DNA of 64,000 nucleotides from Octopus vulgaris (taxonomy: Eukaryota), in assembly GCA_951406725.2 (NCBI GenBank), contig OX597815.1:70804001-70868000 (forward strand). Reading direction: 5' to 3'. The notes under the pieces are model-generated. The model worked only from the letters and a program-made list of their open reading frames with translations, was not told the origin of the DNA and searched no databases. Shown here in pieces: positions 1 to 12,401 of the stretch; position 1 is the first letter of the stretch, and the number at the start of each line of letters is the position of its first letter. A program made the translations under genes and the position numbers.

Positions 1-300
1 ATATTCCTGTACTTTCTTTTACCCCAAAGCCAAGAACTTTTCAGCGCCCCCTCCTATGTTGTTTAGCAGTCTTTCGCTTGCAAGTGTGTCTTTGGTTTTT
101 GTTTCGTCTTCATTCTCATTCAGTTATATAAACCACTATGTTATATCCAGCATTATATCATATTCACTAGTAAATTATATAACAATTATGTAATTATATA
201 CAATTATATATACCCCACTAAATTAGACATCATTTCATAATCATAATTCAGAAATGCATTATCGTAAATTTAATATCTTTGTCAGTAAAAATATAATTGT

Positions 301-301
<1 letters not shown>

Positions 302-387
<86 letters not shown>

Positions 388-484
388 CCTACCTACCTAC
401 CTACCTACCTACCTATCTACCTATCTATCTATCTATCTATCTATCTACCTACCTACCTACCTACCTACCTACCTACCTACCTAC

Positions 485-558
<74 letters not shown>

Positions 559-670
559 GCCAATCTATGTATGTACGTACATATGTATGTATGCGTGTGT
601 ATGTGTGTGTATGTGTATATGTATGAGACTGTGTACATATGTTTGTGAGCGTGCGCGCGCATGTGCATGA
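302..670. repeat. Compound microsatellite (ATCT)n/(ACCT)n followed by TG/TA tract
   Basis: Directly visible; explains ORFs 254..670 and 297..626. Confidence 0.95.
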
Positions 671-1384
671 ATGTGTCAAGTGAATGTCAGTTTTGCTGAT
701 TTTGAGGTCGTTTCGACACACCAGCGATATACGACTGTAAACTGATGACGTCACGATAGACATATGGGCGGAATATGAAATACGAAACTGATGACGACTT
801 AATACACGTACAGTACAACATATAATATAATCGAGTCAGCATTATTATCAGCAGGATAATACACACTGGTTTCGAATGACCAGTTAAATAAACTACGCGA
901 GAGAACCCAACGGCAATGCCTGAGGGTAGAATGTCTATCCTCAAGTACATGAAACCTGGAACAGCAGCGAGTGCAGAATAACCAGACAAGCTAATGAACT
1001 TGAAGGCTTGACAGTGGTATGTGAAATGCTAAATTGTCAGAACTGGTCAAGGCAGAAATCGACATCTATTAGTCTTCGTGAAAGAGATTGGGGCCTCATC
1101 AAGTATTATCCCAGAGAAATGCCAATAATGATCCCAGTAGAAGCAACCGGTAATGGAACTTGCGAGTCTTAGCAAGCCGACTTCTGGGCACTTGGAAGGC
1201 ATCTGGCTGACGGCTGATCATACAGTGTTGAATTAATCACATTATAGCGATACCTCTTATCATTTTGTTTCTCATTTCATCTTTGTTGTTACATCTAAGC
1301 GTCAAGGCACGTAACTTAGGTATTATGACTTCCAGCTCATGATCGTAACCGAGCCGGTTATATATATATATATATATAGAATAA

Positions 1385-1650
1385 AACTTTATATATAAAG
1401 AACGTGAAATTCACGAATTGACGAACACGGAAAACAGACAGTCATTCAGAGCCTTCATTCTTCAGTCAGAAACCGATTCATCATGGCAAATTTCGGCTGT
1501 TTAATTCTGAGATTTGCTCCAAAACGGCCAGCCCCAAGGAAAAGCTAAGCTATGGGCATTATATTTCCTTGGTAGAAGGAAAGAATGTGACAACAGAGAC
1601 GAATAGGAAAACAAGAGACGAAGATAAAATTGGAAACAGTAACGAATAAA
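1385..1650 (-). mobile_element. Penelope-like pLTR-type repeat, copy 1
   Basis: Reverse complement is similar to 29860-30090 and 34200-34440 (CCAAGGAA..TAATG..CTTAG..GGGGCTGGCC..AATCTCA..CAGCCGAAATT..GACTGAAGA); abuts a (TA)n tract. Confidence 0.55.
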
Positions 1651-1739
1651 AACAGGAATGATACGACTAGCAATTTAATAGAGGTCACTAAAGTGACAGG
1701 GGGTACAAATTAGTACCTTCTGTCTACATTTATATCTTC

Positions 1740-2640
1740 GTCTGTTCTATACCTTGTATGCATTTGATTCATATATTACGCTTTCTGTACTTTTAATAGA
1801 GATATTGTCTAATGTAGGTATAGGCAACCTTTTTCGAAAAGTGGGTCGCACGTCACATGGTTTATCATCAGGCGGGCTGCATTACTAAAAAAAAAAATAA
1901 AAAAAAAAAAAAGAAAAGAAAATTAAAGGTAATTTTTCATCGGCGTGCCATTCAGAAAGTCTCGCAGACCGCAGTTTACTCATGACTAATGTATTTGTCG
2001 TATTGTATTTCTGCCTACATTTATCAGTAACTTGGTCTGTTAGTTTGTTAGAATATCAGTTGTTAAGTAATGCTTGTTTTATTCTGTGAATCTCTTTATC
2101 TAGTGTTTTATTTGTGGAAGAAAACCTTAATACCTTCTAAGTAGTGATTTTACCACTGGCATTTTGTAGGTATGTAGGTATTCATTATCTCCATGTTAGC
2201 ATATGAATTTATTTATGTCTTTCGTGTAAACTGACACAATGTTTGAATTATTTTTAATCTGGATATTTATGTCTAGGAAGAGAATCACACTAGTGTTGCA
2301 TTGGATGTTAAATTTTAGTACTGAGTTTTCTATCGGTCCTGATTTAATTTCTCTCTGTCTTTTGAAGTGTTCATAATAACTAGCTAACCGCCTACATATC
2401 TAATGTAGATTATATGTTTATGTTGAAGTATTACGTTACTTTCAGTTGTAGTAATGTAGAATATGGTGAGCATAAGGTCCTAGGAGAGAACCTATAGCTA
2501 CTCCATTTTCCTGTTTATATTATTTACCTTGTTTATCTTCTGGGCAGCGAAGCAGTACTCTTGTGCAAGTTACTAATAAATGATTTTGCTGGTATCATGA
2601 GTGACTTTAATTTTTAGATGCTTCCATACATTATCCAATA
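1740..2640 (-). pseudogene. Degenerate Penelope-like reverse transcriptase / C-terminal fragment
   Basis: Minus-strand translations YKQENGVAIGSLLGP (cf. YxQxDGVAMGSPLGP), ENSVLKF, FLDINI, SVYTK, IKQALLNN*YSN in colinear order; many stops and frameshifts. Confidence 0.7.
1814..1988. mobile_element. Degenerate hAT-Charlie-type MITE inserted in the Penelope fragment
   Basis: Imperfect TIRs TAGGTATAGGCAAC / GTTTACTCATGACTA; internal GGGTCGCA/GACCGCAG motifs; TSD not recognisable. Confidence 0.4.
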
Positions 2641-2770
2641 TAATTTCTATTGCTTCTGCAAATCCTTATATATCGTTTTTCCGGTAACTTTTCGTCACTG
2701 ATCTCGAAAAACTGTATGCAAGCAATAATAAATCTCTGAACGAGATGTAAAAAGTAACTGCACGACAATG

Positions 2771-3090
2771 TAAGGTATACTAGCCATCTCAATATGGCTA
2801 ACCCCTAAGGGTGGGTGTTACTGTAGCTTGTAGCCCCAGGAGATCATCGTCTCCAGCTGGCTTTAGGCACACTTTCTGTGCCCTTATGGTATTTGCAAAG
2901 GGAGGTCATCCCTCCCTCATCAACCTAAGTGATACGCACGGACTGCAGTTTCTAGGTATTTGCCTGTCTTCGGCGTACGGCAATCACCGGTTTTCGATGA
3001 AGGAAGTCCCAATGCAAATCCTTATATATCGTTTTTCCAGTAACACCCACCCTTAGGGGTTAGCCACATTGAGATGGCTAGTATACCTTA
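2771..3090. repeat. Inverted-repeat-bounded insert, possibly a LINE 5' UTR fragment
   Basis: 2771-2824 is an almost perfect inverted copy of 3038-3090. Confidence 0.75.
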
Positions 3091-3258
3091 CTTTATGATA
3101 ATGACGTGGAAAGAACTTAGCCCGAGATTTTAAAACTTTAGCCTTAAATTTTGTTTACTTAGTTCTCTTATGAACCTCAGAACTCACAAGACCAGGGCTT
3201 GACTCAGTTTCCATGGCTTATAAGTAAAAGGTGAAGTTACCTTCTCGAGACATATCGA

Positions 3259-3481
3259 CTCATAAAGGCTGGTTTCCCGGTTTCAATGGCGTATATATTC
3301 CCCATCTGGACAGGACGCCGGTCCATCGCAGGATTACTCCCTTTTGCCAGCTGGGTGGACTAGGGCAACGTAGAATGAAGTGTTTTGCTCAAGAACACAA
3401 CGTGTAGTCCGGTCCAGGAATGGAAACCACGATCTTACGATCAAGAATCCAACACCCTAACCACTAAATCACAGGCCTCCA
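3259..3481 (-). mobile_element. tRNA-derived SINE family A (CORE-like centre)
   Basis: Minus-strand head GGAGGC..GTG.TTTAGTGGTTAGGGTG, B-box-like segment, GTGTTCTTGAGCAAAACACTT core. Confidence 0.85.
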
Positions 3482-3499
3482 CAATGTAAAGTTCCTTCC

Positions 3500-3734
3500 C
3501 GGGTCATAAAGACCTATAGGGCCGGTTTCCCGGTTTCCATGGCGCATATATTCCCCTCCTAGACGGAATGCTGGTCTGTCACAGGATTATTCATTTTTGC
3601 CAGCTGAGTGGACTGGAGCAATATGAAATGAAGTGTTTTGCTCAAGAACACAACGCGTCGCCCGTTCCAGGAATCGAAATCACAATTTTATGATTATGAT
3701 TCCAATACCCTAACCACTAAGTCACGCACCTCCA
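3500..3734 (-). mobile_element. tRNA-derived SINE family A, tandem second copy
   Basis: Highly similar to 3259-3481 and 56715-56965; A box TGACTTAGTGG, B box TTCGATTCC. Confidence 0.85.
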
Positions 3735-4179
3735 CTAGGCGTATAAGTGACTGAGATTATAACCCACTCACTGAACTGGACACCGGCCCGATGCAGGATT
3801 AACTTCCTACCTATTGCTGGAAATGTGAAATGAAGTATTTTGCTCAAGGACATAATGCACTTCCCGGTTCGGGCTTCTTTTAGGTTCCGTCTACCAAATC
3901 CACCCACAAGGATTCGGTCAGTCTGGAGCTAAAGAAGAAGACACTTGGATTTGTACAGTGGGATTGAATCTGAAACCATGTGGATGGGAATAGAACAGAA
4001 CTTCTTACTACAATCTTATAATCGTGAGTGCAGCATCCTAACCAACTAGGCAACGCGTCTCCACAACTTTAAATTAGTATTTAATTCTAAACCTAACCCT
4101 AACCTTATTTTATAAGTTAATCGGAGGAGGTGGTGAAGTATCTATGACTTTTCTAGGGCCTCCCACAAATCGACATGGT

Positions 4180-4440
4180 TAAATTTTAATTTGAATATAT
4201 GTGGTTAATGTTCGAACGAAAAGCTCGAACGGGGAGGGTATTCCAGTGAGTTGCAGGATTAGGGAAAATATGTAGTACTGAGGATAGATAAGGTGCTGTA
4301 GAAGTGACTAGAGGAGGAAAAGTGGGTAGATCGAGTGGTCCGATGAAATGGGAAAATAGCTGTTTCAGAGACACAGCAATCATTCTGGTAACAGCGGAAG
4401 AGAAAGAGGATAGAAATATCGCGTCTGTGAGTCTACAGTT
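4180..4440 (-). pseudogene. CR1/Jockey-like LINE ORF2 C-terminal remnant
   Basis: HIFPNPATHWNTLP...FRSNINHI resembles the FFPRTxxxWNSLP...FKxxVN end of ORF2. Confidence 0.5.
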
Positions 4441-4729
4441 GTATTTATGTTGGTGTGTCTTGTTGAAAGAAACTAGGTTGTTTTGTCCATTGAATGGTAT
4501 GTCGAGATACTAACTCAATGACAATGTAAATCTGGCATCAGGTAATATCCATGTTGCGTGGAGGTGTATCATTTGTATAGGATTGTGCATTGTTAGAAAG
4601 GACGTCAAGAACAGACAAATAAGGAAGAAGGAAAAATTTAAACAGTATTTAAGTTACCTAACTCCAAATTCAGACATAGAAGATATTTTCGTTGAGTACA
4701 TGAAAACAGAATTTAAAAGATTGTAATAA

Positions 4730-4885
4730 TAGGTGCGTGCATGGCTGTATGGTTTAGAAGCTCTCTTTGCAACCACGTGATTCTGGATTCAGTCTTACTG
4801 CGTTGTATCTTGAGCAAGTGTTTTCTACAAGGCCGACCAATATCTTGCGAATGAATTTGGTAGACGGAACTAAGTCTACAGCATT
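4730..4885 (+). mobile_element. SINE family C, 5' part
   Basis: Head ATGGCTGTATGGTTTAGAAG..GGATTCAGTC..TTGAGCAAGTGTTTTCTAC similar to 38920-39090. Confidence 0.75.
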
Positions 4886-5039
4886 TTGATGAACTGAACA
4901 TCAGACATCATGATGTTGGTCATGGATGGTGTGTAACTCGGCACAGGACCCCCCCCCGCCCTTTTAATGAAAAGAATCGGTAGTGTTTGTAGGTATACTT
5001 CTCATTTTACGATCATTCGAGTCATTAAATAGCAGTGAA

Positions 5040-6200
5040 ACAGATTTTCTTTAAAACAGATGATTGCTAATTTTAGTAGAAATCCTCGGACGCCTGTGAT
5101 CTATTACAGTCCAACTAATGTATGTGACGAAAATGTTGTTGGCTTCTATCAGGAACTTTCTTCATTTACTCAACAAATATCAAAGCTTGACGTATTGATC
5201 GTATGAATGCGGAAATTGGATGTAATGAAAAAATATGTATGTAATGAAAATCATAAATAGACATTTCACGAAGCAACTAATACAAGCCGTCAATATTTGG
5301 AGGGATTTGTTTAAGATAATGGACTGTTATGCTTCAATACAAATTTCCAGAAAAAGAATGGCAAATTATGAACACACTGTTCATAACAGTGTGTTCATAA
5401 TTTGCACAAAAGAAAAGCTCAATTTAATTACTCATTCGTAAACCGTATATAGATTTATAGTGAGATGAACTGTAAAGCTTACAACAGTATGTTTTTTTCC
5501 TTCAGGAGTTAATTCTGATCATCGAATCATGTACATTAACGTTCGTCTAAGTCTGTGCTGCCTCTAAATCTAAATTTACAATCAATAGTAATCTTCTATT
5601 TGATTGGATTAAACTGATTAACAATCAATACATCATGGAAGTTAAGGACACATTTTAATCGCTTGAAACAGAAAATAGAATGAAATTCCCCAAATACTTA
5701 TTATTTATGACGATTTTGTTATATCACATTATGATGCAATTTCATGAAGCATCTCACTCATAACCCTAATCAAGAGAAAAGTGCTATGGGAATCTTAAGG
5801 CAGTCATCGACAAGCGTGAATTCAGTCCATCTGGAAAATATGAAACCTTCAGAAAGAAATTTCGGAAATTTGAAAAACAAAAACAAAAACAACAACACAA
5901 AAAAAAAACAGAGCAAAAACCAACCAACCAAACAAACAAACCAAAAAAAACACATTAGATATGAATGAAGTGGGACAGTAAAACTACATTCAAAGTAGGA
6001 TTGATATCTCGCTATACATTTTTTTGAGTATCGATATGGAACACTGTTAATGAAATCGATGCCCCACTTCCAAAGAAAAGGGCAAAAACTAAAATCCTTA
6101 AACCAAACAAGATCACTTCAACAATTGTAAGCACTGCTTTTAGAATCTTGGAAAACCTCCGGTCATTAATGGCAAACCTATACAGATTATCATAAATTAC
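5040..6200 (+). pseudogene. Degenerate RTE-group LINE, AP-endonuclease region
   Basis: YSPTNVCDENVVGFYQELSSFTQQISKLDVLIV..NAEIG, KAQFNYSFVN, GVNSDHRI, WNTVNEI. Confidence 0.75.
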
Positions 6201-6329
6201 AACAATCTGAATATCATATTGGGTCACTTTACAGCAGACGACTTAACTTTACAAACAGATGACTTAAAAGAAACTGACAAAAAAGTAAAACAAAAAAACA
6301 AAACAAAACAAAAACACCCCAGAAATACT

Positions 6330-7170
6330 CGTTGTCCGGACATTAACCATTCTTTCTGTTCCATGACATTTTTGAGGTCTTGAGAGAGTTGATCATTGTA
6401 TGTCATTCTGGGTAGTCCGAAATGAAAATTCCCATGGCTCAGGGTCCACAAAAGAAATTAATTGATTTTTTTTCGATAGCAGTAACCAGCATTTCTTGTC
6501 CTTCTCTCTCGAATGATTGATGTGTTGGGGATATTTCCAAAAGTTCATTTGTTGGATTTTGTTCCCATGATTTCCTGAGAACAGCACACAACATACATGT
6601 GTAGGTCTCATCAAGCTTGCTTTCTATTTTTCTGGTCAGAGTCCATGCTGTTGAACCGTAAAGAAGAACTGATTTTAATTTGGCCTGAAGAATTCTCGTT
6701 ACATCCTTGAGGCAGTGTACACTTCCAAATTATTCTTAATCTGTTCCATACCCCACTCCATGCTTTTGATATCCGGATTGATACATCTTTTTGGTGGATG
6801 AGATATCACTTCTGAGATAAGTGAAACGTTCCAGATGCGTACCTCGCAACGAATTGATCTGGCCGTTCTAGTTAAAGTATATGTATTCAGACTTCCCAAC
6901 ATTCCCAGCATTCCCATGAAAACTGATTCCAAAGCGCCTCTTCTACTGCATGCAGTAGTTTTTCAGCATTTGTTACCTTGCCAGCAAGTAGCGCAAGGTT
7001 GACCGCATAATCAGCATCAGTGATCTTCCTGGTTGGATACCTCCTGCTTCTAGCTTTCTGTAGAGTAAAACTAATGTTACTGTGAAGATTAATAGACGTA
7101 CGCAAAACTCAGTCCAGTGTTATGATGAACAAGAAGGATGCTAGTGTATCGATCTGTAGTATTCCCGTCT
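6330..7170 (-). pseudogene. RTE-group LINE RT / C-terminal fragment
   Basis: DTLASFLFIITLD*VLRTSI, FTLQKARSRRYPTRKITDADYAVNLALLA, LYGSTAWTLT. Confidence 0.85.
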
Positions 7171-7439
7171 GAACATAAAAAAGAAAAAAAGCCGGTGGGC
7201 ATTTAATATACTTCTTTAATTGTGAAACTCTGTTTACAATCAAAATCCACATACAAAAGTAGGTTGTATCGTCCTTCTCCACCTCCAAAAAGTGGTCTTA
7301 GACTTGATGCAAAATTATCGGTTATTGAAGTTAATATCTAGAACATAATGATACATAAAGTATCCAGGCGTAACTCGAGAATATTTTTTCGTAGAAATCA
7401 GAATGGGTTCATAAAATGTCGCTCAACGATTGGTCAAAT

Positions 7440-7900
7440 ATTAACTATCAGATAATATTGAAGCTATTTGAGCAAAGAACCTCTCTGCCATTCCGTTATT
7501 CGTAGATTCCCGCAAAGCTTGCAACAAATTCTACCATCCTATGGGATTATCTAAGACATTGTAGATGCAATAATACTGCACTACAAAAGCACTCAAATTA
7601 AGGTGCCTTCATCAGACAGAGACAAGATTTTCTTCGACATTTTTGTTGATGATTTACAAAAAGACATCCTTACACCTTTCTTATATTCTATCTTGATTAT
7701 CTCCTTCACACTCCAGTATATCGCAACAAAGAATTTGGTTTTACTATCCCAAGATCAAGTTCCAGATATGTAGGCACGACAATAACAGCAAAGATTATAC
7801 TGATAATTTAACCATAATGCCAGATACAATTGCAGAAGCTACCACTCTACTTCACAACCGGGAAGATGCCGTAGAAGGTGTTAGCATCTAATATGAATGT
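7440..7900 (+). pseudogene. Older RTE-group RT fragment
   Basis: YGI..IVDAIILHYKSTQIKVPSSDRDKIFFDIFVDDLQKDILTPFL (cf. VRSPDGDTDFFDIVAGVLQGDTLAPFL), DYTDNL. Confidence 0.7.
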
Positions 7901-8092
7901 TAAAAAACAAAACGAAACGAAAAAAACAATTCAATAGATACGCCTTGGAAGGCGCAAGCAACTCTCAGAGAGGTTATCTGTCATTCATCCTTTCGGGGTC
8001 GATGTAATCAAATACCAAGCAGTGAAATCCCGAATCGACGATATTGAATAACTCCATCCCCTCAAAATTACTGGTCTTGCACCATAATTGGC

Positions 8093-8157
<65 letters not shown>

Positions 8158-8164
8158 TATATAG

Positions 8165-8845
8165 CTATAATATAGCGCCAGCCTTGACAGCGGCTGGACA
8201 TGTTCTTCGCTGCTCTGACCATTCAGCCGAAGGCACAGAATCACTAATATAACCCAGCAGGAAAACGGTAAAATAACTCCCAAAGGCTGGAATATCAACA
8301 ATTTCCTGTGAGTATTTAAAATCTCCCTTAAAATAAGTTAGGAAACTTACATATCTACAGCTTCCTAACACACAAGCAATCAACTTAAAAAAAAAAACTT
8401 TAATATCTACAACTTCTGTGAATACCTATCCTTTCCTTTCTCCTGAGTATTCGAAAATATAAACATCCTTTTTTATTCTAAGAACAGTACAATTTTCTCT
8501 GTGAGGTCATACAAAAGACAATATTTAGTAAATTTGAAAACTTTAATATCTACAACTTTCTGTGAAAATGTTACCCTCCTTTTCTTTTCTCTCTCCCTGA
8601 GTATTCGAAAATGTAAACATCCTTTTCATTGCAAAAACACTACTGTATTCTCCAAATGGACAGACAAATGAACATCTCAAGAAAAATTAAAAATTTTAAT
8701 ATATTATATTTTGTGTGAAACTTTAATTTTACTTTTCTCCCAGACTACCCAAATATGTAAACATACCTTTTATTGCAGCAACACAATAGAATTCAGAAAT
8801 TCAAAAATTCAACGACGTGAATATCAGTATATATATATATATATA
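8165..8845 (-). mobile_element. Probable non-autonomous Helitron with ~150-bp internal tandem repeats
   Basis: GC hairpin CCAGCC..GGCTGG near one end; three diverged repeats AAAACTTTAATATCTACAACTT..GAGTATTCGAAAAT.TAAACATCC at about 8395, 8537 and 8689; TA-rich other end. Confidence 0.45.
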
Positions 8846-9179
8846 ATTATTGTTTTTTCTACCAGTAATTACAAATAGAACAGAGTGAATTGTTTCTTTT
8901 CAAGGTCAAGGTCAGTGCTGTCATTGGTCACTGGTAGTAGTAAACACATTTGACCTCTGCTGACCCAAAGGATGCAAAGATTCTTTTGTACTCTATTGCT
9001 GACCTCCTCACCATCTGCCGAATCTATTTATAGGCCTGTAGAATTTGATCTATTCACCAAGCTGCTACTCTTCCTCCAACTATTTCCTTCAAGAACCACA
9101 TATTTATGACTATCTCAAGTACAAGACAAAAGTTGAAAATAAATAACATTTAATAAAACCTTTTAATAATAAATGGAAA

Positions 9180-9235
9180 TAGTAATAATGATAATAACAA
9201 TAGTAGTGGTGGTGATGGTAATAATGATGATGATG

Positions 9236-9316
<81 letters not shown>
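9180..9316. repeat. (AAT)n microsatellite
   Basis: Directly visible. Confidence 0.95.
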
Positions 9317-9459
9317 TGCAGCAGCTGCTAATACTACAATTACTACTATTCTGATAGCACAGGAATCTGAGGCCCAACTACCACTACTACCACTACTCCA
9401 TCCCTACTACTGTTGCTGTTGCTGCTACCACTGCTGCTACTACACATATATACAGCAAT

Positions 9460-12036
9460 AAAGGCAGTAATTGACAACGGTGATAGAAGACTGAAGACTG
9501 CCCAGCAAAGAGAGCAAAGACAACAACAGCTAACACAAGAACATCAACAACACAGGAAGTAACTAAAATCTAATGCTGTGGTTATGGAGTGTTACTACCT
9601 GAGCAACCCTGTAGATGAAAATTGTGCTCAAATTAGGGGTTACCGACAACGTATGTAAGATCATTGGAGAGAAAAGGGATTGTTTCAACTTACGGAACAG
9701 AGATAATGTTGATGAAGCTAGAGCAATAAGAAAAAAATCGTTGGTTCACAGAAGTAGAGCTCGAAGCTATGAAAAGACGGGTATTGGAAAATAACAACAG
9801 AGATAACGACGAAAATATAGTTGTTACTAATAAAAGTAATCTCATAGCACAGGAGAGGAGCAATGGTAGCTTACCTGATGAGAGACAATAAAACTAATGG
9901 TGACATGACAGATGAACAAAAGGCAATCTACAACAGAATAAAGACAAGACTACAGGAGAACGATAGCGACAATATTTTCAACCTTAAAAAGGTTAATCGG
10001 TGGAAATTGAACCAAGAAAAGAAAAATGTCAATGAAATTCTGAAATACATCAGAACAAACATCAAAGAAACAAATAATTTGATCAAGGCAGCAAGTATTG
10101 TTGTAGCAGAAAAAGAAATAAAATGGGAGTGACAAAAGAAAAGATTCATGGTGGAAAAGAATATAGGCAGGGTTAGATATGCTCTCGAAAGGCATTTCTG
10201 TGTTAGACCGAAAAGAGAAAGGGGAGCTTAAAAGCGAACAAAAATACAGGGCACCGAAAAGGAAGTATAATATTGAAAGAAAGGGCCTGAAAGTGGTAAT
10301 GGAGGAACTGAAACAGCACCTCGTTGCAAAGAAAGCAAAGATGGTAAGATACGACCAAAAATGAAGGGTTACCAGCAGAACAGGTTATTCAGAGTAGATC
10401 AGAAGAAATTCTATAAAGAAATAAATGGAGAGTGTACAGATAAAAAGTTGATACCAGATAACAATGAAAGTCAAAGGTTTTTGAGTGACAACTGAAGCAA
10501 AGCACAAGAAGGATGCTGAATGGTTGCAAGAACTGAAACAAACAGTAGTCTGTCAAAAACAGACAGAACTAGTCATTTCTGTTAGGGAAGTGAAGGAAAT
10601 CAACAACAAAAAAAAATAAATGATCAACTGGAAGGCCTCGGAACCAGATAGAGTTCAAGGCTACTGGATCAAAAAAATTGGTGAATGTCATGCACGAATA
10701 GCTGCGCAACTCAACACCTTGTTAAATGCCGACCAAGTAATACCAGAGTGGTTGATATTGGGTAGGACAGTGCTGTGCTTGAAAAACATCGAAAAAAGCA
10801 ATACGGTAGACAATTACAGGCAGATATCCTGTCTGCCACTTATGTGGAAATTATTGACAGGAATACTCCCAGAATCAATGTACGAACAGCTGGAATAAAA
10901 TGAGCAGAAGGTTTGCAAGAGTAAGTGCAGAAGTACCAAGGATCAACTCCTGATAGACAAAACTGTACCTAGAGACTGCAAGAGGAGGAAAAGTAACTTA
11001 GCCATGTCATGGATCGATTATCGCAAGGCGTTCGATATGATCCCACATTCTTGGATTATGGAATGTATGAACCTATTTGGTATTGCATCGAATGTTGAGC
11101 GATTGCTTGGAAAAAGTATGGCGAATTGGAGGATGGACCTGACAGCATACAGAAGAAGTTTAGGGACAGTAGAAACCAGGAGGGACATCTTCCAAGGGGA
11201 CTGCCTGTCTCCGCTGATCTTTGTATTGTGCTTGATATCACTAACACTGATTCTGAGGAAAGCAAAAGCTGGGTATGTATTCAAAAGCCGCCAACAAAAA
11301 GCCAACCATTTTTTATTCATGGATGACCTCAAACTTCATAGTAATGATGAATCCCAAGTCAGTTCCGTCGTTGATACGGTGTATGCATTCAGTGCTGATA
11401 TCAGAATGGATTTCGGACTGAGAAAGTGTTGTGTGTTAGTCTTGAAGAGAGGCAACATCAAATGTATGGACGGGCTAACGATACCATCGGAGGAGGTTAT
11501 GAAGCAGATAGAAGAGACGGGCTATAAGTACTTTTGGGATTTTGGAAATGGATAAATTGATGGAGAAAGAAATGACACTTGCGCATACTGAGACTGATCC
11601 TTAAGTCGAAATTAAATGGATGGAATAAGTCTTAATTGAAACGGACGGAAAATGTCTTAATTGAGAAAGAAAGCAAACTATGCTGGATCATAGATATAGC
11701 ATGCCCAGTTGACAACAAGGTATGCGGTAAGGAAGAGAGAAAGGTCGAGAGATATGACAGGTTAGCTTGGGAGATTAAGCAGTTGTCGTCGATGAAAAAG
11801 GTGGTAGTAGTACCAATAATTATCGGATCCCTGGGAACAGTGAGTAAAAATCTTGAGAAGTAGATGGAACAAATAGGAGCTGCAATAAGGGTGGAGCACT
11901 TGCAGAAAACATCACTGCTTGGAACCGCTCGAATACTCCGGAACGTGCTCGAAAAATAAGGAGTGTTATCTTAGTTCACTGGTAGTGAACAGCTGACACC
12001 GTAGTACATCTCTAGTGTTAGAAGGTCGTCAAAGGC
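9460..12036 (+). mobile_element. R4/Dong-clade non-LTR retrotransposon (RT plus restriction-like endonuclease), internally deleted and decayed
   Basis: N-terminal VMECYYLSNP..RGYRQRM..W..GLFQLTEQR; [76 protein letters not shown]; RLE IIDIACP.D..KEERKVERY; ends in an (AAT)n tail. Confidence 0.92.
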
Positions 12037-12057
12037 AATGATAATAATAATAATAAT

Positions 12058-12121
<64 letters not shown>

Positions 12122-12309
12122 GCAGCAGCAACAATAATAACAGGATCGACTTTACTTTTCTCCTTTCAGGTCAATAAAGTGAGTACCAGTTGAACACTGT
12201 GCTCAATGTAATTGACTTATCCCCTGTTCCGAAATTGCTGGCTAAAATTTGAAACCGTAATAATAATAATAACAACAACAACAATAATAATAATAATAAC
12301 AATAATAAC

Positions 12310-12384
<75 letters not shown>

Positions 12385-12400
12385 TATTATTATTATTATT
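12037..12400. repeat. (AAT)n/(AAC)n/(ATT)n microsatellites with an embedded family B SINE fragment at about 12143-12258
   Basis: Directly visible; TCGACTTTACTTTTCTCCTTTCAGGTCAATAAAGTGAGTACCAG. Confidence 0.85.
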
Positions 12401-12401
12401 A

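Noticed and set aside
254-670. 138-aa ORF and the many similar [16 protein letters not shown] ORFs across the window
   Set aside because: Translations of microsatellites; no coding signal
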